From the human T2T-CHM13v2.0 reference genome, Homo sapiens: DNA of 64,000 nt. Shown here piece after piece: positions 11,559 through 24,500 of the stretch; positions within the stretch are counted from its first letter, which is position 1; each line of letters opens with the position of its first letter. Position numbers and translations under genes: made by a program. Under the pieces are notes generated by a model, which saw only the letters and a program-made list of their open reading frames with translations, did no database searches and was not told the DNA's origin. The stretch lies in the NCBI RefSeq assembly GCF_009914755.1, contig NC_060928.1; one strand, written 5' to 3'.

Positions 11559-12575
11559 CATTCTCAGAAACTTGTTTGTGATGTGTGTATTCAACTAACA
11601 GAGTTGAACTTTTGTTTTTACAGAGCCGTTTTAAAACACTCTTTTTGTGGAATCAGAAAGTGGATATTCGGATGGCTCTGAGGATTTCGTTGGAAGCGGG
11701 ATTACATATAAAATCTAGAGAGAAGCATTCTCAGGAACTTCTTTGTGATGTTTGCATTGAAGTCACAGAATTGAACATTCACTTTGATAGAGCAGGTTTG
11801 AAACACTCATTCTGTAGTATCTGGAAGTGGACATTTCAAGCGCTTTCAGGCCTATGGTGACAAAGGAAATATCTTCGAATAAAAACTAGACAGAAGCATC
11901 CTCAGAAACTTATTTGTGATGTGTGTCCTCAACTAACAGAGTTGAAACTTTGTTTTGATACAGCATTTTGGAAACACTCCTTTTGTAGAATCTGCAGGTG
12001 GATATGTGGATAGCTCTGAAGATTTCGTTGGAAACGGGAATTTCTTCATATAAAATCAAACAGAAGCATTCTCAGAAACTTCTCAGTGATGTTTGCATTC
12101 AGCTCATGGAGTTGAACACTTCCTTTCATAGAGCCGGTTTGAAACACTCTTTCTGCACTACCTGGAAGAGGCCATTTCGAGCGCTTTGAGTCCTATGGTG
12201 AAAAAGGAAATATCTTCTCATAAAAACCAGAAAGAAGCATTCTCAGAAACTTCTTTGTGTTGTGTGTACTCATGTAACAGTGTTGAACCATCCTTTTGAC
12301 AGAGCAGTTTTGAAACACTCTTTTTGTAGAATCTGCAAGTGGATATTTGGATAGCTTTGAGGATTTCGTTGGAAACGGGATGACATATAATATCTAGAGA
12401 GAAGCATTCTCAGGAACTTCTTTGTGCTGTTTGCATTCAAGTCACAGAATTGAACATTCCCTTTCATAGAGCAGATTTGAAACACTCTTTCTCTAGTATC
12501 TGGAAGTGGGCATTTCAAGCGCTTTCAGGCCTATTGAGAGAAAGGAAATACCTTCAAATAAAAACTAGACAGAAG
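11559..12575 (+). repeat. 6-mer variant HOR, 1017 bp
   Basis: Anchors 11585 and 12602; 6-mer diagnostic alleles present. Confidence 0.94.
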
Positions 12576-15500
12576 CATTCTCAGAAACTTGTTTGTGATG
12601 TGTGTATTCAACTAACAGAGTTGAACTTTTGTTTTTACAGAGCCGTTTTAAAACACTCTTTTTGTGGAATCAGAAAGTGGATATTCGGATGGCTCTGAGG
12701 ATTTCGTTGGAAGCGGGATTACATATAAAATCTAGAGAGAAGCATTCTCAGGAACTTCTTTGTGATGTTTGCATTGAAGTCACAGAATTGAACATTCACT
12801 TTGATAGAGCAGGTTTGAAACACTCATTCTGTAGTATCTGGAAGTGGACATTTCAAGCGCTTTCAGGCCTATGGTGAGAAAGGAAATATCTTCGAATAAA
12901 AACTAGACAGAAGCATCCTCAGAAACTTATTTGTGATGTGTGTCCTCAACTAACAGAGTTGAAACTTTGTTTTGATACAGCATTTTGGAAACACTCTTTT
13001 TGTAGAATCTGCAGGTGGATATTTGGATAGCTTAGAGGGATTCGTTGGAAAGGGGATATCTTCATATAAAATCTAGACAGAAGCATTCTCAGAAACTTAT
13101 TTGTGATGTGTGTCCTCAACTAACAGAGTTGAACCTTGGTTTTGATACAGCATTTTGGAAACACTCCTTTTGTAGAATCTGCAGGTGGATATGTGGATAG
13201 CTCTGAAGATTTCGTTGGAAACGGGAATTTCTTCATATAAAATCAAACAGAAGCATTCTCAGAAACTTCTCAGTGATGTTTGCATTCAGCTCATGGAGTT
13301 GAACACTTCCTTTCATAGAGCCGGTTTGAAACACTCTTTCTGCACTACCTGGAAGAGGACATTTCGAGCGCTTTGAGTCCTATGGTGAAAAAGGAAATAT
13401 CTTCTCATAAAAACCAGAAAGAAGCATTCTCAGAAACTTCTTTGTGTTGTGTGTACTCATGTAACAGTGTTGAACCATCCTTTTGACAGAGCAGTTTTGA
13501 AACACTCTTTTTGTAGAATCTGCAAGTGGATATTTGGATAGCTTTGAGGATTTCGTTGGAAACGGGATGACATATAATATCTAGAGAGAAGCATACTCAG
13601 GAACTTCTTTGTGATGTTTGCATTCAAGTCACAGAATTGAACATTCCCTTTCATAGAGCAGGTTTGAAACACTCTTTCTCTAGTATCTGGAAGTGGGCAT
13701 TTCAAGCGCTTTCAGGCCTATGGAGAGAAAGGAAATACCTTCAAATAAAAACTAGACAGAAGCATTCTCAGAAACTTATTTGTGATGTGTGTCCTCAACT
13801 AACAGAGTTGAACCTTTGTTTTGATACAGCATTTTGGAAACACTCCTTTTGTAGAATCTGCAGGTGGATATTTGGATAACTTTGAAGATTTCGTTGGAAA
13901 CCGGAATATCTTCATATAAAATCAAGACAGAAGCATTCTCGGAAACATCTCTGTGATGTTTGCATTCAACTCAGTAGAGTTGAACACTTCCTTTCATAGA
14001 GCCGGTTTGAAACACTCTTTCTGCACTACCTGGAAGCGGACATTTCGAGCGCTTTGAGGCCTATGGTGAAAAAGGAAATATCTTCTCATAAAAACCAGAA
14101 AGAAGCATTCTCAGAAACTTCTTTGTGTTGTGTGTACTCAAGTAACAGTGTTGAACCTTCCTTTTGACACAGCAGTTTTGAAACACTCTTTTGGTAGAAT
14201 CTGCAAGTGGATATTTGGATAGCTTTGAGGATTTCGTTGGAAACGGGTTATCTTCATATAAAATCCAGACAGGAGCATTCTCAGAAACTTCTTTGTGCTG
14301 CATGTCCTCAATTCACAGAGCTGAACCTTTGTTTGGATACAGCATTTTGGAAACATTCCTTTAGTAGAATCTGCAAGTTGATATTTAGATAGCTTTGAAG
14401 ATTTCGTTGGAAACGGGAATATCTTCATAGAAAATCTAGACGGAAGCATTCTCAGAAACTGCTTTGTGATGTTTGCATTCAAGTCACAGAGTTGAATATT
14501 CCCTTTTATAGAGTAGGTTTGAAACACTCTTTCGGCACTACCTGGAAGTGGATATTTCGAGCTCTTTGAGGCCTATGGTTAAAAGGAAATATCTTCCCAT
14601 AAAAACTAGACAGAAGCCGTCTCAGAAACTTGTTTGTGATGTGTGTATTCAACTAACAGAGTTGAACATTTCTGTTACAGAGCAATTTTAAAACACTCTT
14701 TTTGTGGAATCTGAAAGTGGATAATTGGATAGCTTTGTGGATTTCGTTGGAAACGGGATGACGTATAAAATCTAGATTGAAGCATTCTCAGGAACTTCTT
14801 TCTGATGTTTGCATTCAAGTCACAGAATTGAACATTCCTTTTCATAGTGCAGGTTTGAAACACTCTTTCTGTAGTATCTGGAAGTGGACATTTCAAGCGC
14901 TTTCAGGCCTACGGGGAGAAAGGAAATATCTTCAAATAAAAACTAGATAGAAGGATTCTCAGAAACTTATTTGTGATGTGTGTCCTAAACGAACACAGTT
15001 GAACCTTTGTTTTGATACAGCATTTTGGAAACACTCCTTTTGTAGGATCTGCAGGTGGATATTTGGATAGATTTTAAGATTTCGTTGGAAACGGGAGTTT
15101 CTTCATAGAAACTCAAGACAGATGCTTTCTCAGAAACATCTCTGTGATGTTTGCATTCCACTCATAGATTTGAAAACTTCCTTTCATAGAGCAGGTTTGA
15201 AACACTCTTTTTGTAATATTTGGAAGTGGACATTTGCAGCGCTTTGAGGCCTATGGTGAAAAAGGAAATATCTTCTCATAAAAACCAGAAACAAGCATTC
15301 TCAGAAACTTCTTTTTGATGTGTGTACTCAAGTAACAGAGTTGAACCTTCCTTTTGACACAGCAGTTTTGAAACAATCTTTTTGTAGAATCTGCAAGTGG
15401 ATATTTGGATAGCTTTGAGGATTTCGTTGGAAACGGGATATCTTCATATAAAATCTAGACAGAAGCATTCTCAGAAACTTCTTTGTGCTGTATGTCCTCA

Positions 15501-18500
15501 ATTAACAGAGTTGAACCATTGCTTGGATACAGCATTTTGGAAACATTCCTTGAGTAGAATCTGCAAGTTGATATTTAGATAGATTTGAAGATTTCGTTGG
15601 AAAAGGGAATATCTCCATATAAAATCTAGAGGGAAGCATTCTCAGAAACTGCTTTGTGATGTTTCCATTCAAGTCACAGAGTTGAATATTCCCTTTTATA
15701 GAGCACGTTTGAAACACTCTTTCTGCACTATCTGGAAGTGGACATTTCGAGCGCTTTGAGGCCTATGGTGAAAAAGGAAATATCTTCCCATAAAAACTAG
15801 ACAGAAGCATTCTCAGAAACTTGTTTGTGATGTGTGTATTCAACTAACAGAGTTGAACTTTTGTTTTTACAGAGCCGTTTTAAAACACTCTTTTTTTGGA
15901 ATCAGAAAGTGGATATTCGGATGGCTCTGAGGATTTCGTTGGAAGCGGGAATACATATAAAATCTAGAGAGAAGCATTCTCAGGAACTTCTTTGTGATGT
16001 TTGCATTGAAGTCACAGAATTGAACATTCACTTTGATAGAGCAGGTTTGAAACACTCATTCTGTAGTATCTGGAAGTGGACATTTCAAGCGCTTTCAGGC
16101 CTATGGTGAGAAAGGAAATATCTTCGAATAAAAACTAGACAGAAGCATCCTCAGAAACTTATTTGTGATGTGTGTCCTCAACTAACAGAGTTGAAACTTT
16201 GTTTTGATACAGCATTTTGGAAACACTCTTTTTGTAGAATCTGCAGGTGGATATTTGGATAGCTTAGAGGGATTCGTTGGAAAGGGGATATCTTCATATA
16301 AAATCTAGACAGAAGCATTCTCAGAAACTTATTTGTGATGTGTGTCCTCAACTAACAGAGTTGAACCTTGGTTTTGATACAGCATTTTGGAAACACTCCT
16401 TTTGTAGAATCTGCAGGTGGATATGTGGATAGCTCTGAAGATTTCGTTGGAAACGGGAATTTCTTCATATAAAATCAAACAGAAGCATTCTCAGAAACTT
16501 CTCAGTGATGTTTGCATTCAGCTCATGGAGTTGAACACTTCCTTTCATAGAGCCGGTTTGAAACACTCTTTCTGCACTACCTGGAAGAGGACATTTCGAG
16601 CGCTTTGAGTCCTATGGTGAAAAAGGAAATATCTTCTCATAAAAACCAGAAAGAAGCATTCTCAGAAACTTCTTTGTGTTGTGTGTACTCATGTAACAGT
16701 GTTGAACCATCCTTTTGACAGAGCAGTTTTGAAACACTCTTTTTGTAGAATCTGCAAGTGGATATTTGGATAGCTTTGAGGATTTCGTTGGAAACGGGAT
16801 GACATATAATATCTAGAGAGAAGCATACTCAGGAACTTCTTTGTGATGTTTGCATTCAAGTCACAGAATTGAACATTCCCTTTCATAGAGCAGGTTTGAA
16901 ACACTCTTTCTCTAGTATCTGGAAGTGGGCATTTCAAGCGCTTTCAGGCCTATGGAGAGAAAGGAAATACCTTCAAATAAAAACTAGACAGAAGCATTCT
17001 CAGAAACTTATTTGTGATGTGTGTCCTCAACTAACAGAGTTGAACCTTTGTTTTGATACAGCATTTTGGAAACACTCCTTTTGTAGAATCTGCAGGTGGA
17101 TACTTGGATAACTTTGAAGATTTCGTTGGAAACCGGAATATCTTCATATAAAATCAAGACAGAAGCATTCTCGGAAACATCTCTGTGATGTTTGCATTCA
17201 ACTCAGTAGAGTTGAACACTTCCTTTCATAGAGCAGGTTTGAAACACTCTTTCTGCACTACCTGGAAGCGGACATTTCGAGCGCTTTGAGGCCTATGGTG
17301 AAAAAGGAAATATCTTCTCATAAAAACCAGAAAGAAGCATTCTCAGAAACTTCTTTGTATTGTGTGTACTCAAGTAACAGTGTTGAACCTTCCTTTTGAC
17401 ACAGCAGTTTTGAAACACTCTTTTGGTAGAATCTGCAAGTGGATATTTGGATAGCTTTGAGGATTTCGTTGGAAACGGGTTATCTTCATATAAAATCCAG
17501 ACAGGAGCATTCTCAGAAACTTCTTTGTGCTGCATGTCCTCAATTCACAGAGCTGAACCTTTGTTTGGATACAGCATTTTGGAAACATTCCTTTAGTAGA
17601 ATCTGCAAGTTGATATTTAGATAGCTTTGAAGATTTCGTTGGTAACGGGAATATCTTCATAGAAAATCTAGACGGAAGCATTCTCAGAAACTGCTTTGTG
17701 ATGTTTGCATTCAAGTCACAGAGTTGAATATTCCCTTTTATAGAGTAGGTTTGAAACACTCTTTCGGCACTACCTGGAAGTGGATATTTCGAGCTCTTTG
17801 AGGCCTATGGTTAAAAGGAAATATCTTCCCATAAAAACTAGACAGAAGCCGTCTCAGAAACTTGTTTGTGATGTGTGTATTCAACTAACAGAGTTGAACA
17901 TTTCTGTTACAGAGCAATTTTAAAACACTCTTTTTGTGGAATCTGAAAGTGGATAATTGGATAGCTTTGTGGATTTCGTTGGAAACGGGATGACGTATAA
18001 AATCTAGAGAGAAGCATTCTCAGGAACTTCTTTCTGATGTTTGCATTCAAGTCACAGAATTGAACATTCCTTTTCATAGTGCAGGTTTGAAACACTCTTT
18101 CTGTAGTATCTGGAAGTGGACATTTCAAGCGCTTTCAGGCCTACGGGGAGAAAGGAAATATCTTCAAATAAAAACTAGACAGAAGGATTCTCAGAAACTT
18201 ATTTGTGATGTGTGTCCTAAACGAACACAGTTGAACCTTTGTTTAGATACAGCATTTTGGAAACACTCCTTTTGTAGGATCTGCAGGTGGATATTTGGAT
18301 AGATTTTAAGATTTCGTTGGAAACGGGAGTTTCTTCATAGAAACTCAAGACAGATGCATTCTCAGAAACATCTCTGTGATGTTTGCATTCCACTCATAGA
18401 GTTGAAAACTTCCTTTCATAGAGCAGGTTTGAAACACTCTTTTTGTAATATTTGGAAGTGGACATTTGCAGCGCTTTGAGGCCTATGGTGAAAAAGGAAA

Positions 18501-21500
18501 TATCTTCTCATAAAAACCAGAAACAAGCATTCTCAGAAACTTCTTTTTGATGTGTGTACTCAAGTAACAGAGTTGAACCTTCCTTTTGACACAGCAGTTT
18601 TGAAACAATCTTTTTGTAGAATCTGCAAGTGGATATTTGGATAGCTTTGAGGATTTCGTTGGAAACGGGATATCTTCATATAAAATCTAGACAGAAGCTT
18701 TCTCAGAAACTTCTTTGTGCTGTATGTCCTCAATTAACAGAGTTGAACCATTGCTTGGATACAGCATTTTGGAAACATTCCTTGAGTAGAATCTGCAAGT
18801 TGATATTTAGATAGATTTGAAGATTTCGTTGGAAAAGGGAATATCTCCATATAAAATCTAGAGGGAAGCATTCTCAGAAACTGCTTTGTGATGTTTCCAT
18901 TCAAGTCACAGAGTTGAATATTCCCTTTTATAGAGCACGTTTGAAACACTCTTTCTGCACTATCTGGAAGTGGACATTTCGAGCGCTTTGAGGCCTATGG
19001 TGAAAAAGGAAATATCTTCCCATAAAAACTAGACAGAAGCATTCTCAGAAACTTGTTTGTGATGTGTGTATTCAACTAACAGAGTTGAACTTTTGTTTTT
19101 ACAGAGCCGTTTTAAAACACTCTTTTTGTGGAATCAGAAAGTGGATATTCGGATGGCTCTGAGGATTTCGTTGGAAGCGGGATTACATATAAAATCTAGA
19201 GAGAAGCATTCTCAGGAACTTCTTTGTGATGTTTGCATTGAAGTCACAGAATTGAACATTCACTTTGATAGAGCAGGTTTGAAACACTCATTCTGTAGTA
19301 TCTGGAAGTGGACATTTCAAGCGCTTTCAGGCCTATGGTGAGAAAGGAAATATCTTCGAATAAAAACTAGACAGAAGCATCCTCAGAAACTTATTTGTGA
19401 TGTGTGTCCTCAACTAACAGAGTTGAAACTTTGTTTTGATACAGCATTTTGGAAACACTCTTTTTGTAGAATCTGCAGGTGGATATTTGGATAGCTTAGA
19501 GGGATTCGTTGGAAAGGGGATATCTTCATATAAAATCTAGACAGAAGCATTCTCAGAAACTTATTTGTGATGTGTGTCCTCAACTAACAGAGTTGAACCT
19601 TGGTTTTGATACAGCATTTTGGAAACACTCCTTTTGTAGAATCTGCAGGTGGATATGTGGATAGCTCTGAAGATTTCGTTGGAAACGGGAATTTCTTCAT
19701 ATAAAATCAAACAGAAGCATTCTCAGAAACTTCTCAGTGATGTTTGCATTCAGCTCATGGAGTTGAACACTTCCTTTCATAGAGCCGGTTTGAAACACTC
19801 TTTCTGCACTACCTGGAAGAGGACATTTCGAGCGCTTTGAGTCCTATGGTGAAAAAGGAAATATCTTCTCATAAAAACCAGAAAGAAGCATTCTCAGAAA
19901 CTTCTTTGTGTTGTGTGTACTCATGTAACAGTGTTGAACCATCCTTTTGACAGAGCAGTTTTGAAACACTCTTTTTGTAGAATCTGCAAGTGGATATTTG
20001 GATAGCTTTGAGGATTTCGTTGGAAACGGGATGACATATAATATCTAGAGAGAAGCATACTCAGGAACTTCTTTGTGATGTTTGCATTCAAGTCACAGAA
20101 TTGAACATTCCCTTTCATAGAGCAGGTTTGAAACACTCTTTCTCTAGTATCTGGAAGTGGGCATTTCAAGCGCTTTCAGGCCTATGGAGAGAAAGGAAAT
20201 ACCTTCAAATAAAAACTAGACAGAAGCATTCTCAGAAACTTATTTGTGATGTGTGTCCTCAACTAACAGAGTTGAACCTTTGTTTTGATACAGCATTTTG
20301 GAAACACTCCTTTTGTAGAATCTGCAGGTGGATATTTGGATAACTTTGAAGATTTCGTTGGAAACCGGAATATCTTCATATAAAATCAAGACAGAAGCAT
20401 TCTCGGAAACATCTCTGTGATGTTTGCATTCAACTCAGTAGAGTTGAACACTTCCTTTCATAGAGCAGGTTTGAAACACTCTTTCTGCACTACCTGGAAG
20501 CGGACATTTCGAGCGCTTTGAGGCCTATGGTGAAAAAGGAAATATCTTCTCATAAAAACCAGAAAGAAGCATTCTCAGAAACTTCTTTGTGTTGTGTGTA
20601 CTCAAGTAACAGTGTTGAACCTTCCTTTTGACACAGCAGTTTTGAAACACTCTTTTGGTAGAATCTGCAAGTGGATATTTGGATAGCTTTGAGGATTTCG
20701 TTGGAAACGGGTTATCTTCATATAAAATCCAGACAGGAGCATTCTCAGAAACTTCTTTGTGCTGCATGTCCTCAATTCACAGAGCTGAACCTTTGTTTGG
20801 ATACAGCATTTTGGAAACATTCCTTTAGTAGAATCTGCAAGTTGATATTTAGATAGCTTTGAAGATTTCGTTGGAAACGGGAATATCTTCATAGAAAATC
20901 TAGACGGAAGCATTCTCAGAAACTGCTTTGTGATGTTTGCATTCAAGTCACAGAGTTGAATATTCCCTTTTATAGAGTAGGTTTGAAACACTCTTTCGGC
21001 ACTACCTGGAAGTGGATATTTCGAGCTCTTTGAGGCCTATGGTTAAAAGGAAATATCTTCCCATAAAAACTAGACAGAAGCCGTCTCAGAAACTTGTTTG
21101 TGATGTGTGTATTCAACTAACAGAGTTGAACATTTCTGTTACAGAGCAATTTTAAAACACTCTTTTTGTGGAATCTGAAAGTGGATAATTGGATAGCTTT
21201 GTGGATTTCGTTGGAAACGGGATGACGTATAAAATCTAGAGAGAAGCATTCTCAGGAACTTCTTTCTGATGTTTGCATTCAAGTCACAGAATTGAACATT
21301 CCTTTTCATAGTGCAGGTTTGAAACACTCTTTCTGTAGTATCTGGAAGTGGACATTTCAAGCGCTTTCAGGCCTACGGGGAGAAAGGAAATATCTTCAAA
21401 TAAAAACTAGACAGAAGGATTCTCAGAAACTTATTTGTGATGTGTGTCCTAAACGAACACAGTTGAACCTTTGTTTAGATACAGCATTTTGGAAACACTC

Positions 21501-24500
21501 CTTTTGTAGGATCTGCAGGTGGATATTTGGATAGATTTTAAGATTTCGTTGGAAACGGGAGTTTCTTCATAGAAACTCAAGACAGATGCATTCTCAGAAA
21601 CATCTCTGTGATGTTTGCATTCCACTCATAGAGTTGAAAACTTCCTTTCATAGAGCAGGTTTGAAACACTCTTTTTGTAATATTTGGAAGTGGACATTTG
21701 CAGCGCTTTGAGGCCTATGGTGAAAAAGGAAATATCTTCTCATAAAAACCAGAAACAAGCATTCTCAGAAACTTCTTTTTGATGTGTGTACTCAAGTAAC
21801 AGAGTTGAACCTTCCTTTTGACACAGCAGTTTTGAAACAATCTTTTTGTAGAATCTGCAAGTGGATATTTGGATAGCTTTGAGGATTTCGTTGGAAACGG
21901 GATATCTTCATATAAAATCTAGACAGAAGCATTCTCAGAAACTTCTTTGTGCTGTATGTCCTCAATTAACAGAGTTGAACCATTGCTTGGATACAGCATT
22001 TTGGAAACATTCCTTGAGTAGAATCTGCAAGTTGATATTGAGATAGATTTGAAGATTTCGTTGGAAAAGGGAATATCTCCATATAAAATCTAGAGGGAAG
22101 CATTCTCAGAAACTGCTTTGTGATGTTTCCATTCAAGTCACAGAGTTGAATATTCCCTTTTATAGAGCACGTTTGAAACACTCTTTCTGCACTATCTGGA
22201 AGTGGACATTTCGAGCGCTTTGAGGCCTATGGTGAAAAAGGAAATATCTTCCCATAAAAACTAGACAGAAGCATTCTCAGAAACTTGTTTGTGATGTGTG
22301 TATTCAACTAACAGAGTTGAACTTTTGTTTTTACAGAGCCGTTTTAAAACACTCTTTTTGTGGAATCAGAAAGTGGATATTCGGATGGCTCTGAGGATTT
22401 CGTTGGAAGCGGGATTACATATAAAATCTAGAGAGAAGCATTCTCAGGAACTTCTTTGTGATGTTTGCATTGAAGTCACAGAATTGAACATTCACTTTGA
22501 TAGAGCAGGTTTGAAACACTCATTCTGTAGTATCTGGAAGTGGACATTTCAAGCGCTTTCAGGCCTATGGTGAGAAAGGAAATATCTTCGAATAAAAACT
22601 AGACAGAAGCATCCTCAGAAACTTATTTGTGATGTGTGTCCTCAACTAACAGAGTTGAAACTTTGTTTTGATACAGCATTTTGGAAACACTCTTTTTGTA
22701 GAATCTGCAGGTGGATATTTGGATAGCTTAGAGGGATTCGTTGGAAAGGGGATATCTTCATATAAAATCTAGACAGAAGCATTCTCAGAAACTTATTTGT
22801 GATGTGTGTCCTCAACTAACAGAGTTGAACCTTGGTTTTGATACAGCATTTTGGAAACACTCCTTTTGTAGAATCTGCAGGTGGATATGTGGATAGCTCT
22901 GAAGATTTCGTTGGAAACGGGAATTTCTTCATATAAAATCAAACAGAAGCATTCTCAGAAACTTCTCAGTGATGTTTGCATTCAGCTCATGGAGTTGAAC
23001 ACTTCCTTTCATAGAGCCGGTTTGAAACACTCTTTCTGCACTACCTGGAAGAGGACATTTCGTGCGCTTTGAGTCCTATGGTGAAAAAGGAAATATCTTC
23101 TCATAAAAACCAGAAAGAAGCATTCTCAGAAACTTCTTTGTGTTGTGTGTACTCATGTAACAGTGTTGAACCATCCTTTTGACAGAGCAGTTTTGAAACA
23201 CTCTTTTTGTAGAATCTGCAAGTGGATATTTGGATAGCTTTGAGGATTTCGTTGGAAACGGGATGACATATAATATCTAGAGAGAAGCATTCTCAGGAAC
23301 TTCTTTGTGATGTTTGCATTCAAGTCACAGAATTGAACATTCCCTTTCATAGAGCAGGTTTGAAACACTCTTTCTCTAGTATCTGGAAGTGGGCATTTCA
23401 AGCGCTTTCAGGCCTATGGAGAGAAAGGAAATACCTTCAAATAAAAACTAGACAGAAGCATTCTCAGAAACTTATTTGTGATGTGTGTCCTCAACTAACA
23501 GAGTTGAACCTTTGTTTTGATACAGCATTTTGGAAACACTCCTTTTGTAGAATCTGCAGGTGGATATTTGGATAACTTTGAAGATTTCGTTGGAAACCGG
23601 AATATCTTCATATAAAATCAAGACAGAAGCATTCTCGGAAACATCTCTGTGATGTTTGCATTCAACTCAGTAGAGTTGAACACTTCCTTTCATAGAGCCG
23701 GTTTGAAACACTCTTTCTGCACTACCTGGAAGCGGACATTTCGAGCGCTTTGAGGCCTATGGTGAAAAAGGAAATATCTTCTCATAAAAACCAGAAAGAA
23801 GCATTCTCAGAAACTTCTTTGTGTTGTGTGTACTCAAGTAACAGTGTTGAACCTTCCTTTTGACACAGCAGTTTTGAAACACTCTTTTGGTAGAATCTGC
23901 AAGTGGATATTTGGATAGCTTTGAGGATTTCGTTGGAAACGGGTTATCTTCATATAAAATCCAGACAGGAGCATTCTCAGAAACTTCTTTGTGCTGCATG
24001 TCCTCAATTCACAGAGCTGAACCTTTGTTTGGATACAGCATTTTGGAAACATTCCTTTAGTAGAATCTGCAAGTTGATATTTAGATAGCTTTGAAGATTT
24101 CGTTGGAAACGGGAATATCTTCATAGAAAATCTAGACGGAAGCATTCTCAGAAACTGCTTTGTGATGTTTGCATTCAAGTCACAGAGTTGAATATTCCCT
24201 TTTATAGAGTAGGTTTGAAACACTCTTTCGGCACTACCTGGAAGTGGATATTTCGAGCTCTTTGAGGCCTATGGTTAAAAGGAAATATCTTCCCATAAAA
24301 ACTAGACAGAAGCCGTCTCAGAAACTTGTTTGTGATGTGTGTATTCAACTACCAGAGTTGAACATTTCTGTTACAGAGCAATTTTAAAACACTCTTTTTG
24401 TGGAATCTGAAAGTGGATAATTGGATAGCTTTGTGGATTTCGTTGGAAACGGGATGACGTATAAAATCTAGAGAGAAGCATTCTCAGGAACTTCTTTCTG

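Noticed and set aside
14760-15960. Cluster of singleton SNPs (TAGATTGAAG, CTAGATAGAAGG, GATGCTTTCT, TTTTTTTGGA, GGGAATAC) and a missing ORF in the track near 14.8 kb
   Set aside because: These are point substitutions, one creating an in-frame stop in a spurious ORF. They are too few to distinguish from chance or consensus error.
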